From Candidatus Bathyarchaeota archaeon (GTDB taxonomy: Archaea > Thermoproteota > Bathyarchaeia > TCS64), in the NCBI GenBank assembly GCA_963769425.1, contig CAVYLP010000006.1, positions 256,001 through 320,000 on the forward strand: a stretch of 64,000 nt of DNA, written 5' to 3'. The notes below the pieces were generated by a model. The model worked only from the letters and a program-made list of their open reading frames with translations, ran no database searches and was not told the origin of the DNA. This document shows, piece by piece, positions 9,173-18,622 of this stretch. The translations under genes were made by a program, and so were the position numbers. Positions within the stretch are counted from its first letter, which is position 1; the number at the start of each line of letters is the position of its first letter.

Positions 9173-9787
9173 TCATTCTTCAACCAGTCCGAGCCTCGAC
9201 AGAAGCCTACTGAGTGTCCCCGACTTCTCCGCCTTCAACAGCATGCCGCTCTTCAGCTCGGCCCTGAGGGTCTCCGAGTATATCTTGATGAGCAGGTTCT
9301 CGCGGTCCAGCTTCGAGTCAGATAGAGAGTAGGTATCTGCTATCTTCGAGATTCGCTGCGCCGTAAGCTCAGCCATCGCCTCGATCTCAGCGCCGTCGAA
9401 GTCGAGCCTCTCGGCGTCGCCCTCCATGAGTTGAAAAACACTGAACATCCCCCGGAGGCGCTCCATGTGTGCGTGTATGAAGTACCTGCGCAGTTCAGGG
9501 GGTGTTGAGTCCCAGTCCTCGATGAAGAGCCTCGCCGTCGGCTCGTAATACTTCTGGAGGATACCGTACGGGCCCACCTCAGAATGGCTGACCTGGATCA
9601 ATCGCGCCTCGGATAGGCGGACGAGGTGGTGTGAGACCGAGGGCTCCTTCAGGCTCATCCTCTCGGCGAGCTGCTTCTGCGTCATAGGTTTCTCGGAGAC
9701 AAGTCGGAGTATCTGACGGCGGACAAGGTCCCCGAGTAATTTTATTGTCTCGGGGTCACGCACAACGAGGATTTCCCTCGACTCCAT
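9173..9787 (-). CDS. ArsR/HTH_20-family transcriptional regulator
   Basis: RRQILRLVSEKPMTQKQLAERM...SVSHHLVRL...QKYY winged-HTH pattern. Confidence 0.85.
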   Translation of the reverse strand: MESREILVVRDPETIKLLGDLVRRQILRLVSEKPMTQKQLAERMSLKEPSVSHHLVRLSEARLIQVSHSEVGPYGILQKYYEPTARLFIEDWDSTPPELRRYFIHAHMERLRGMFSVFQLMEGDAERLDFDGAEIEAMAELTAQRISKIADTYSLSDSKLDRENLLIKIYSETLRAELKSGMLLKAEKSGTLSRLLSRLGLVEE

Positions 9788-9823
9788 TCACCATTTTAAA
9801 GTATCTCAGAGCATGGTATAAAT

Positions 9824-9847
9824 ATATATCTAACCGATTAGACATAT
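9824..9847. promoter_or_regulatory. Palindromic operator between the divergent regulator and P-type ATPase genes
   Basis: ATATATCTAA-CCGA-TTAGACATAT (9/10 inverted match) next to the TATA-like TATAAATA. Confidence 0.5.
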
Positions 9848-9885
9848 CTTAGTACACAGTGTTATAAAAATAGAGGGCAAGGCAC

Positions 9886-12279
9886 GTGACTAACGAGGAC
9901 ATGAAGGAGAACGAGCCGACGAGCCTAGAGGGACTGACCTTCGACGAGGCGAAGCGTAGACTCGACGAGTACGGCGCTAACGAGGTACCCGAGAGAAAGG
10001 CAAACCCCCTCAAGAAGTTCGGTAAGAAGTTCTGGGGTATCACCCCCTGGATGCTCGAACTCACCGTGGCGATGGAGTTCATCCTTGGCAAGAACCTCGA
10101 GGCATATTTCATCGCCGCCCTTCTCTGCTTCAACGCCGTCGTCGGCTACCTGCAGGAGGAGAAGGCAAACAACGCCGTCGCCCTCCTCCGGAAGAGGTTG
10201 CTCGTGAACGCCCGGGTAAAGCGGGGCGGTGAGTGGGTGCTCCTACCAGCCCGTGAACTCGTCCCCGGGGACATCATCCGGCTCAGGGCCGGGGACATGA
10301 CACCAGCCGACGCGAAGCTCCTAGAGGGCCACCTAGACGTCGACCAATCCGCTCTAACCGGCGAGTCCCTGACGGTCGAGAGGAACGCGAGCGATACGCT
10401 CTTCTCGGGCTCAACCGTGAAGTCAGGGGAGGCCACCGGGGAGGTCACTGCAACCGGGCTCAAGACGTTCTTCGGGAAGACCGCCGAACTCGTCCAGATC
10501 GCTCGCCCGAAGCTCCACATCGAGGAGATGATCTCGAAGGTCGTCCGCTGGCTCCTCATCATGGTCGTCGCTGCCGTCGCTGCGGGGATGGGCCTCGCCC
10601 TGCTCAGAGGCATCGACCCCGCCGAGATAGCGCCCCTCGCAGTAATCCTCCTCGTCTCCGCCATCCCCGTCGCGATGCCCACCATGTTCACAATAAGCAT
10701 GGCCCTCGGCTCATTCGAGCTCTCCAAGAAGGGGGCAATCGTCACCCGCCTCGACGCCATAGAGGACGCCGCCACCATGGACGTACTCTGCGCCGACAAG
10801 ACCGGCACCATAACAATGAACCGGCTCGCCGTCGCCGACGTCCTCCCCGTTGGGCTCCACAAGAAGGAGGAGGTAGTCCTCTACGGCGCCCTCGCCGCGA
10901 ACGAGGCGAACCAGGACCCCATAGACCTCGCTTTTATAGAGAAAGCTAGGGAGCTCAAGCAACCCCTGGGGGAGTACAAGCAGCTAAGGTTCACCCCATT
11001 CGACCCGTCGACGCGTAGGACGGAGGCCCTAGTCGAGAAGGGAGACGTGAAGCTCGAGGTCTACAAGGGTGCCGTGAACACCGTCATCCACCTCTGCAAG
11101 GACTGCCACGACGACGTCGCCACCCTACACGAGAGCGTAGATGCCCTCGCCGCCAAGGGTTACAGGGTCCTAGCCGTCGCCGAGGGGCCCACACCCGAGG
11201 AGGCGGAACTCGTCGGCTTCGCCGCCCTCTACGACAGGCCCAGAGAGGACTCCCCCAAGCTCATCTCCGAGCTCAGGCGCCTCGGCGTCCGCGTGAAGAT
11301 GCTAACGGGGGACGCCCTACCAATAGCCCGGGAGGTCGCTGGCCAGGCGGGCATAGGCCAGAACATCACGGGGGTCAAGGACCTGAAAGAGCACTGGGGG
11401 GAAGCTGAGACCCTCAAGATGATGGAGGGGAGCGACGGCTTCGCCGAGATCTATCCCGAGGACAAGTACCTCATAGTCAAGGGACTCCAAGCCGGAGGGC
11501 ACCTCGTCGGGATGACGGGGGACGGCGTAAACGACGCCCCCGCGCTCCGCCAAGCCGAGGTGGGGATCGCCGTCAGCAACGCCACCGACATTGCGAAGCA
11601 GGCGTCGAGCGTCGTCCTCACCGACGAGGGCTTCGAGGGCATCCTCGACATGGTCATCATCGGGAGGATGGTCTACCAGAGGATAACCTCGTGGACCATA
11701 AACAAGATAATACGCACATTCAAGCGCGTCGTCTTCATAGTCCTCGCCTTCATACTCACGGGCCAGTTCGTCGTCTCCACCCTCAACATGATACTACTCC
11801 TCTTCCTAAGCGACTACGTCACCCTCAGCATCTCCACGGACCGCGTCCGCCCCTCCCGGACCCCGGAGAGGTGGAAGTCGACCTCCCTAGTGAAGCTCGG
11901 GGTACTGTACGCCTCCATGATCGTAGTGGAGAGCCTCGTGATCCTCTACATCGCGATGTACTACTTCGGCCTGAGCGGGAATCTAGCGACGCTACAGACC
12001 TTCGTCTTCGTCTGGCTCACACTCTCCGGCTACTACACGGTGCTCAGCATAAGGGAGAGGCGCCACTTCTGGGACTCCCGGCCGAGCGGGTGGCTGGGCC
12101 TCGCCCTAGTGTTGAACTCGATAATAGTGTTCGTGATATCCACGATCGGGCTGCCCGACCTCGCCCCGATAACCCCCGCCATGTACCTATTCATCGCGGC
12201 TTACGGCTTCGTGACCTGCTTGCTACTGAACGACTTCGTCAAGGTGCCGCTGGCGAAGGACCTGGACGTCTCACTGTGA
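9886..12279 (+). CDS. Proton-efflux P-type ATPase (P3A)
   Basis: LTGES, IPVAMP, DKTGT, MLTGD, GDGVNDAPAL motifs and the membrane Asp in LFLSDYV. Confidence 0.92.
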   Translation: MTNEDMKENEPTSLEGLTFDEAKRRLDEYGANEVPERKANPLKKFGKKFWGITPWMLELTVAMEFILGKNLEAYFIAALLCFNAVVGYLQEEKANNAVALLRKRLLVNARVKRGGEWVLLPARELVPGDIIRLRAGDMTPADAKLLEGHLDVDQSALTGESLTVERNASDTLFSGSTVKSGEATGEVTATGLKTFFGKTAELVQIARPKLHIEEMISKVVRWLLIMVVAAVAAGMGLALLRGIDPAEIAPLAVILLVSAIPVAMPTMFTISMALGSFELSKKGAIVTRLDAIEDAATMDVLCADKTGTITMNRLAVADVLPVGLHKKEEVVLYGALAANEANQDPIDLAFIEKARELKQPLGEYKQLRFTPFDPSTRRTEALVEKGDVKLEVYKGAVNTVIHLCKDCHDDVATLHESVDALAAKGYRVLAVAEGPTPEEAELVGFAALYDRPREDSPKLISELRRLGVRVKMLTGDALPIAREVAGQAGIGQNITGVKDLKEHWGEAETLKMMEGSDGFAEIYPEDKYLIVKGLQAGGHLVGMTGDGVNDAPALRQAEVGIAVSNATDIAKQASSVVLTDEGFEGILDMVIIGRMVYQRITSWTINKIIRTFKRVVFIVLAFILTGQFVVSTLNMILLLFLSDYVTLSISTDRVRPSRTPERWKSTSLVKLGVLYASMIVVESLVILYIAMYYFGLSGNLATLQTFVFVWLTLSGYYTVLSIRERRHFWDSRPSGWLGLALVLNSIIVFVISTIGLPDLAPITPAMYLFIAAYGFVTCLLLNDFVKVPLAKDLDVSL

Positions 12280-12849
12280 GGGCGGCGGAGACCCGCCCGA
12301 GTGCCTCTTCACGATCGCCTCTATCTCCGCCTGCATCCCCGGGTTCTCCTCTATTATCTCGTTGAGCTTGGCGACGTTGCTCCGCCACATCTCCTCGGAG
12401 GCTGAGTCCCACGCCCAGGCGAAGTCGAATAGCTCGGTGAGGCTCCGGATTGACGCCTTCATCGAGTCGAGGGCGGGGTCGAGGTTCCTCGCGATCTCCC
12501 GGTCCTGTATGAGCATCTCTAGTATGGGGAAGTAGGCTATCCTCGCGTCGCCCTCGATGGTTACCTCGACGCCGGCGTCGAGGGGCTTGATCTTCTCCTT
12601 GGGGATCCCCATGCCTGATAGGAACTCGACGGCGTTACCCATCGCGAGCTCCATAACCTCGGGGGGCAGGTATGTGAAGAACTCGCGGTAGACGAGAGAG
12701 CATGTCCCCGAGGGGGCGCGCTCCAGCTTCATCTCGAGCCTATCCGGTACGAAGCCGACTCCCCTCCCGACGCCGTACCTCTTGAAGACCTCGTTAATCT
12801 CCTTGAATAGTGAGCCGGCGTCCACTCGCCCGGATATGTCCATTGACAC
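12271..12849 (-). CDS. Hypothetical protein
   Basis: 192-aa ORF with host-like codon usage, co-oriented downstream of a wHTH gene. Confidence 0.7.
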   Translation of the reverse strand: MSMDISGRVDAGSLFKEINEVFKRYGVGRGVGFVPDRLEMKLERAPSGTCSLVYREFFTYLPPEVMELAMGNAVEFLSGMGIPKEKIKPLDAGVEVTIEGDARIAYFPILEMLIQDREIARNLDPALDSMKASIRSLTELFDFAWAWDSASEEMWRSNVAKLNEIIEENPGMQAEIEAIVKRHSGGSPPPSQ

Positions 12850-12879
12850 GCATACGCAGCGGACGCGATATAAACGAAA

Positions 12880-13158
12880 CTACTTGGGTAGCGCCATCGT
12901 GGCCTTTCGGAAGTACTTTAGGACGTTCATCCCCGACTCTGTTATCTGGTATCTCTTAACGTCCCTGTCTCTCTCCGCGAGTTCCTCATTCTCGTTGATG
13001 AGTCCCTGTGTTATGAGATTGTTGAGGACGTTCTGAAATACCTTCCAGGAGAGGTTCGCGCTATACATAATCCTCGTGGGCTTGGCCTCTCCCTTCATAA
13101 TAATCTCGAGGACCTCTATGTATATCTCAACTTTACCTCTCCGAGGCATATTGAACAC
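12880..13158 (-). CDS. Small archaeal winged-HTH regulator (HTH_45-like)
   Basis: RRGKVEIYIEVL...KPTRIMYSANLSW...YQITESG pattern. Confidence 0.88.
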   Translation of the reverse strand: MFNMPRRGKVEIYIEVLEIIMKGEAKPTRIMYSANLSWKVFQNVLNNLITQGLINENEELAERDRDVKRYQITESGMNVLKYFRKATMALPK

Positions 13159-13496
13159 ATGCTTACTGTGGCGGAGACATAAGGTTTTCTCAACTTATTC
13201 CTAATATTTGTTTTCGCTTTCGACTCACTCTTCGGGTTGGTAACTCTTGAAACAAGTTTGGAATCATCTGCAATATTTTTTTAATAAATCGAGGAGCGAC
13301 GTAACTCTGTAACCCGTTGTTGAGGTTTCCTGATGGCCTCAACTTGGGCGAAGACACTCATCGGTGATCCAGTCCCTTCTGCCTCAGAAAACACATGAAA
13401 GACGCTGAGAACTGCTAAAACCTTTATAAAATTTATGAATCATGGAACCACAATTGCTTTTATTGTCGACACCGGGATAGTTCTCGATCCCAAGTA

Positions 13497-14054
13497 ATGT
13501 CTCTAAAGGAGAAAATAGATGTCTTAGATTTTCTAATTAGTATACTCAAGGAGCACGAGGAGAGCCTGTACGAGATCACGCAGAGGCTCGAAAAACTCTC
13601 CGAGCGCCTCGAGTCAGGGGAAGTCAAGCCGGAGGACAAGAGGCTAATCGAGGAGGCGAAGAGGGAGGCCGAGGAGATGGTCTCAGGCAAGTCGAGCATC
13701 CTCATCGTCGACGACGACGAGTTCCTCACCGAGACATTCAAGGTAATACTCGAGACCGTGGGCTACCAGGTCGAAATAGCCGCTTCCGGCATGCAGGCAA
13801 TACACATGACGAAGGACAAGAACTTCGACCTGATTATCCTGGACATAAAGCTCCCCGACATCAACGGGGACGAGGTCGCCCGCATAATGAAGAAGCAGGG
13901 CAAGAAGACCAAGATCGTGATGATCACCGGCTACGAGAAGCTCGCCGAGGGGCTCAAGGGGGAGCAAGTAGACGTCAAGGAGGTCCTCATGAAGCCGGTT
14001 AGCCCGAATAGCCTCCTGACGGTCACGAAGAAGGTCCTCCAGGACAACAAGTAG
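13497..14054 (+). CDS. Response-regulator receiver protein with an N-terminal coiled coil
   Basis: ILIVDDD, LIILDIKLPDING, MITG and LMKP receiver motifs. Confidence 0.92.
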   Translation: MSLKEKIDVLDFLISILKEHEESLYEITQRLEKLSERLESGEVKPEDKRLIEEAKREAEEMVSGKSSILIVDDDEFLTETFKVILETVGYQVEIAASGMQAIHMTKDKNFDLIILDIKLPDINGDEVARIMKKQGKKTKIVMITGYEKLAEGLKGEQVDVKEVLMKPVSPNSLLTVTKKVLQDNK

Positions 14055-14098
14055 ACCGATTTTCAATCCCCCGATAGTAGGGGTTTAATCCCCCAGAC

Positions 14099-14710
14099 TT
14101 GATTCTGTTACTTGAATTGGGCGAGAGATCAAGCGTCGCCAGGGAGGCGGCGAGGCTCCTCTACAGCGGCGCGGCGGAGGAGTACATACAGGCCAAGGAG
14201 ATGGCCGCCGCGAGCCTCGACGTGAGGGCCACGCCGAGCAACTACGAGGTAGCTGTCGAGCTTGACCGCCTCGCAGACGAGATGGAGGGCGGTGAGAGGC
14301 AGAGGCGCCTCGCAAAGATGAGGGGGACCGCCCTCTTCGTTATGAAGAAACTCGCATCGTTCTCCCCCCGCCTCATCGGCAGCGTCTGGAGAGGAACTGC
14401 AAGAATGGGGAGCGACGTAGACATCGTCGCCCTAGCTAGTAGCCCCTTGGAGGTCGAGAAAGTCCTCATGGAGTACAAGATTGGGGAGAAGGGAGAAGTC
14501 AACTTCAAGGGCGGGGTCCGCGCCTACCACTTCAAGCTAGAGGTCGGCGGGGACGAGATCGAGGTCGTCGTCAGGAACCCCTCTGAGTACACCGAGGATC
14601 GATGCGACATCTACGGCGATGTGAAGCGTGGCATCACCCTACCGGAGCTGGAAAGGCTTTTGAGGGTTGACCCACTACGCAGATTCGTCCCCCGGAGGCG
14701 TTCTAGGTGA
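14099..14710 (+). CDS. Nucleotidyltransferase-domain protein
   Basis: LIGSVWRG...SDVDI Pol-beta NTase motif; EAARLLY...AKEMAA N-terminus. Confidence 0.82.
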   Translation: MILLLELGERSSVAREAARLLYSGAAEEYIQAKEMAAASLDVRATPSNYEVAVELDRLADEMEGGERQRRLAKMRGTALFVMKKLASFSPRLIGSVWRGTARMGSDVDIVALASSPLEVEKVLMEYKIGEKGEVNFKGGVRAYHFKLEVGGDEIEVVVRNPSEYTEDRCDIYGDVKRGITLPELERLLRVDPLRRFVPRRRSR

Positions 14711-16047
14711 AACTATTCGGCTCATCAGGAATACGCGGCGTCGCGAACACGGAGATCACCCCCATCCTAGCCCAGAGGCTTGGCTCGGCTCTCGCCACCA
14801 TCCACGAGGGGGGTGAATTCATCGTGGGGAGGGACGCACGTGTCACCGGCCCAATGCTCGAGGCTGCGCTGTCCGCAGGGATAACGGCCTGCGGGGGAGA
14901 CGTGAAACTCGTCGGCCTCCTACCGACACCCGTCATCGCGTGGCTCACGCGTGAACTCGAAGCCGACGCGGGTGTCGCCATCTCGGCGAGCCACAACCCA
15001 CCCCAGTACAACGGCCTCAAGGTCTTCAACGCCCGGGGGATGAGCCTAACCGAGAAGGAGCAGGGCCCCGTAGAGTCTCTCATGCAGGGAGGGGAGCTCG
15101 ACTACGCCCCCTGGGATGGTGTCGGTTCAGCCGACGCCACCGAGGCTGCTTGGATGTACCTCGACGCCCTACAGGAGGGGGTCGAGCTTGGTAAGGATTG
15201 GAAGATCGCCTGTGACCTATTCTGTGGGGCGACTGGCACGATTGCTGCTGATGCCTTCGAGGCGGTCGGGCTTCGCGCGACACTAATCAATGGTAACCCC
15301 GACGGCCATTTCCCAGCCGGTGACCCTGAACCTACCACCGAGAACCTACGCAGGCTCGGCGCCTACATGAAGGCGACCGGGGCTGAGGTCGGATTCGGGT
15401 TCGACGGCGACGGCGACAGGATGATGGCTGTCGACGAGACGGGGACCCCCGTCGGCGGGGATAGGCTTCTCGCCGCCTACGCTGGCCATGTCGTCGGGCG
15501 TGAGGGAAAGGGTGTCGTCGTGACTCACGTCGGCGCCTCGATGTGCGTAGAGGATATGGTCGAGGCGGCCGGAGGTAAGGTTGTCCGCGTCAGGGTCGGG
15601 GACACCTACATTACGGAGGAGATGGAGAGGCGGAGGGCCGTCTTCGGCGGCGAACCGATTGGCGCCTGGGTCCTCCCCGAGGTCCACATGTGCCCGGATG
15701 GCATCCTGAGCGCACTCAAGCTCCTAGAGGCACTCGAGGAGAGCGAGATGACACTCTCACAGTTCGCATCAGAGGCACCAGAGTATCCAACTAAGAGTGC
15801 CAAGGTCGAAGTGAGCGACAAGGCTCGGGTCATGAAGGGGGTCGAGGGAGGATATCGGCGCGCCTTCGGGGAGGCGGAGGTGAACCGCGTCGACGGCGTC
15901 CGTCTCCAGCTACCCGAGGGGTGGATACTCATACGCGCCTCAGGCACCGAGCCCCTCATAAGGATCACAGCCGAGGGAAGGGATGAGAAAGCGACCACTT
16001 CCCTCCTAGAACGCGGGAGGGAACTCGTCAGGGAGGCATCAAGGTGA
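14707..16047 (+). CDS. glmM: Phosphoglucosamine mutase / phosphohexomutase
   Basis: LFGSSGIRG, SASHNP, DGDGDR and RASGTEPLIR motifs; coupled to a glmU-like gene. Confidence 0.9.
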   Translation: MKLFGSSGIRGVANTEITPILAQRLGSALATIHEGGEFIVGRDARVTGPMLEAALSAGITACGGDVKLVGLLPTPVIAWLTRELEADAGVAISASHNPPQYNGLKVFNARGMSLTEKEQGPVESLMQGGELDYAPWDGVGSADATEAAWMYLDALQEGVELGKDWKIACDLFCGATGTIAADAFEAVGLRATLINGNPDGHFPAGDPEPTTENLRRLGAYMKATGAEVGFGFDGDGDRMMAVDETGTPVGGDRLLAAYAGHVVGREGKGVVVTHVGASMCVEDMVEAAGGKVVRVRVGDTYITEEMERRRAVFGGEPIGAWVLPEVHMCPDGILSALKLLEALEESEMTLSQFASEAPEYPTKSAKVEVSDKARVMKGVEGGYRRAFGEAEVNRVDGVRLQLPEGWILIRASGTEPLIRITAEGRDEKATTSLLERGRELVREASR

Positions 16048-17312
16048 AGGCAGTAATCATAGCAGCGGGGAAAGCGGAGAGGCTCAGACCTCTCACCTCG
16101 ACGAAACCTAAGCAACTCATACCTATAGCGGGGAGGCCACAGTTAGAGTGGCTTCTCAAAGGGATCGCCGATGCAGGTATCGAGGAGACCCTCATAATCA
16201 CCCACTACATGGAGGACAAGATCAAGCAAAGGTTTGGCAATGGCTCCGAACTCGGCCTCAAGCTGAGTTACGCCACCCAGAAGGAGATGAGGGGGACCGC
16301 GGACGCCTTCAGGTACGCCGAAACATTCGCCTCGGATGAGGACTTCGTAGGCATGAACGGGGACCTCTACCTCAGCCCCGGTATAATTAGGGAGGTAGTA
16401 AACGCCCACAAGAGGGGCGAGCTGACAGTTACCGGATTGGAGAGGGACCCCTACCTCTACGGCGCCCTCAAGCTACAGGGAGACAAGGTCCAAGGGATCG
16501 TGGAGAAACCCGCCCCCGGAACCGCGCCTAGCAACGTCACAAATGCAGGCATCTACATCTTCCCGCCTAAGACATTCGACTCGATAAAGGCGACCAAGCT
16601 CAGCCCGCGTGGCGAGTACGAGGTCACCGACTCCGTGAACCACTTAATCGCATCAGGTGTTTCGGCGCGTGTCCACATGCTGGACGACGGTGACTGGCTA
16701 GACATCGGTCACCCGTGGCACGTCCTCGAGGCAAATACGAGGGCCCTATCACGGCTAGAGTCGAGAATGGAGGGTAAGGTCGAGGAGGGGGCACATATTC
16801 AGGGGCCTGTCTACGTCGCCTCGACCGCGAGGGTAAGGAGCGGAGTCTACATCGAGGGCCCAGTCTACATCGGCCCAGACTGCGACGTCGGCCCGAACAA
16901 CTACATACGCGCGGGCACAACCCTCGTTGGCGGTAACCGCGTAGGAGCGAGCTGTGAGATCAAGAACACTATCCTCATGGAGAAGGCCGCGGTCCCCCAC
17001 TTAAGCTACGTCGGCGACTCCATAATCGGGGAGCGCTGCAACCTCGGCGCTGGCACCATAACGGCGAACCTCCGATTCGACCATAAAAACGTAAAGATGA
17101 CCATAAAGGGTGTGCGTGTCGATACGGGCCTTCGGAAGATCGGCACCGTCATGGGGGACGACTGCCAGACAGGTGTCAACGTGAGTTTCCACCCCGGAGT
17201 CATCGTAGGTGCAGGCGCGTGGATAGCCCCCGGCGTCACCGTCGAGAAGGACGTCCCCGAGGGAATTCTACTCACCTCCGAGGGCACACGCGAGAAGCCG
17301 AAGACAAACTAA
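16044..17312 (+). CDS. glmU: Bifunctional sugar-1-phosphate nucleotidylyltransferase/acetyltransferase (archaeal GlmU-like)
   Basis: AAGKAERLRPLT...PK, EKP and hexapeptide repeats; HLSYVGDS, GAGTITANLRFD. Confidence 0.9.
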   Translation: MKAVIIAAGKAERLRPLTSTKPKQLIPIAGRPQLEWLLKGIADAGIEETLIITHYMEDKIKQRFGNGSELGLKLSYATQKEMRGTADAFRYAETFASDEDFVGMNGDLYLSPGIIREVVNAHKRGELTVTGLERDPYLYGALKLQGDKVQGIVEKPAPGTAPSNVTNAGIYIFPPKTFDSIKATKLSPRGEYEVTDSVNHLIASGVSARVHMLDDGDWLDIGHPWHVLEANTRALSRLESRMEGKVEEGAHIQGPVYVASTARVRSGVYIEGPVYIGPDCDVGPNNYIRAGTTLVGGNRVGASCEIKNTILMEKAAVPHLSYVGDSIIGERCNLGAGTITANLRFDHKNVKMTIKGVRVDTGLRKIGTVMGDDCQTGVNVSFHPGVIVGAGAWIAPGVTVEKDVPEGILLTSEGTREKPKTN

Positions 17313-17340
17313 TTAAAGAGGTTTACAGCGTCTTAGCCCG

Positions 17341-17679
17341 ATGGAGAAGAAGGACTTCAAGAGGCTCTTCCCGAACCTCGCTGACGAGATGGACTCGGGG
17401 ACCTCCAAGGTCGACCTCAACAAGGCGATCGAGCCGCCGCCCTCCACGGAGCCAAGTTATAAGGAGGACAGGAGATACGCCGGTTACCAACCCGGCGTCA
17501 TCGACTTCATCCGCAGATGCAAGAAGCCCCAGGAGGCCGATGAGATCATAACCTACCTCGAGAAGAGGAGCGAAGTCTCAGGCGACGAGGCGAAGACGCT
17601 CCGAAAGCAGCTCAAGGAAGGCGGTCTTCGGAGCTTCGGTCCCCCGAAGAAGATTGGCGACTACGAGAGATCGAGCTAA
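17341..17679 (+). CDS. DUF2095-family archaeal protein
   Basis: FKRLFPNLADE, GYQPGVIDFIRRC, GLRSFGPPK motifs. Confidence 0.8.
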   Translation: MEKKDFKRLFPNLADEMDSGTSKVDLNKAIEPPPSTEPSYKEDRRYAGYQPGVIDFIRRCKKPQEADEIITYLEKRSEVSGDEAKTLRKQLKEGGLRSFGPPKKIGDYERSS

Positions 17680-17744
17680 AAACATACCAACACCATTCAG
17701 TCGGGAATTTAAAAGACCTATAAGCGTCCGCCATACAGTATATA

Positions 17745-18074
17745 GTGATGTCTTTCTCAGAGCGCAGAGCGATTCTACTTAGAATACTCGAGATCGAGAC
17801 CAACATTAAGGACATCGAGCACAGCAAGGACTACCTAGTCACGAGGCGGGATCTCAAGGCACTCGAACACTTCGGGAGCGGCGGTGGAAGGATAACGATC
17901 TCCTCGCTCGAGGACCTAGACAGGACGGTTGAGGTCAGGAAGAACAGCCCCGAGCTCGGGGAGTATATTGCCCGATACAAGGAGAGAATGAGGGGTGATC
18001 TGGAGCGCCTCCACAGCCTCAACTCCGAGAAGACGAAGCTCAGGGCGGAACTCATGAGCACAGTGGTCCACTGA
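17745..18074 (+). CDS. Hypothetical coiled-coil protein
   Basis: 109-aa ORF behind a TATA-like element; helical termini flanking a short beta-rich core. Confidence 0.7.
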   Translation: MMSFSERRAILLRILEIETNIKDIEHSKDYLVTRRDLKALEHFGSGGGRITISSLEDLDRTVEVRKNSPELGEYIARYKERMRGDLERLHSLNSEKTKLRAELMSTVVH

Positions 18075-18187
18075 CCATCATAACCACTTTTAACGTCAGA
18101 AAAGCCCGAAAAATGCCCTTATAGGGGTGTTATTCATCGACCTCTTTTTAAGCGGCGGAGCCTGCTCACTGCTGAGAAGGTCGGTAT

Positions 18188-18496
18188 TTGGGAAAGAAGA
18201 AAGTGCTGAGCGAGAAGAACCTCCACACGATGGTCCTTCCATCGAAGAACGACGTACTGGGGATAGCCCAGAAGATGCTCGGCTTCGACAGGGTCAGCGT
18301 AAAGTGTCAAGACGGTAACGTGCGCATCTGCCGCATCAGGGGCAAGATGAAGCGCCGCACGTGGATACGCGAGGGCGACATCGTCCTCGTAAGCCCCTGG
18401 GACTTCCAGACGAACGAGCGCGGAGAGATATTCTGGCGCTACACGCAGGGGCAGGTAGAGGAACTCAGGCAGAAGGGCATCCTCCTCGTAGAGTAG
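18188..18496 (+). CDS. eif1A: Translation initiation factor aIF-1A
   Basis: CRIRGKMKRRTWIREGDIVLVSPWDFQ motif. Confidence 0.96.
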   Translation: MGKKKVLSEKNLHTMVLPSKNDVLGIAQKMLGFDRVSVKCQDGNVRICRIRGKMKRRTWIREGDIVLVSPWDFQTNERGEIFWRYTQGQVEELRQKGILLVE

Positions 18497-18622
18497 CCGG
18501 CGCCTAGAGCCAGAGATTCTGAATTAGCCATCAAGCTAAATATTTTTTTCGTTATTTACAGTAGCGTATGATAGCGGGCCGAAAAGGGTTTTAGACCCGC
18601 ACCCCAAGCAATAACGATACTC

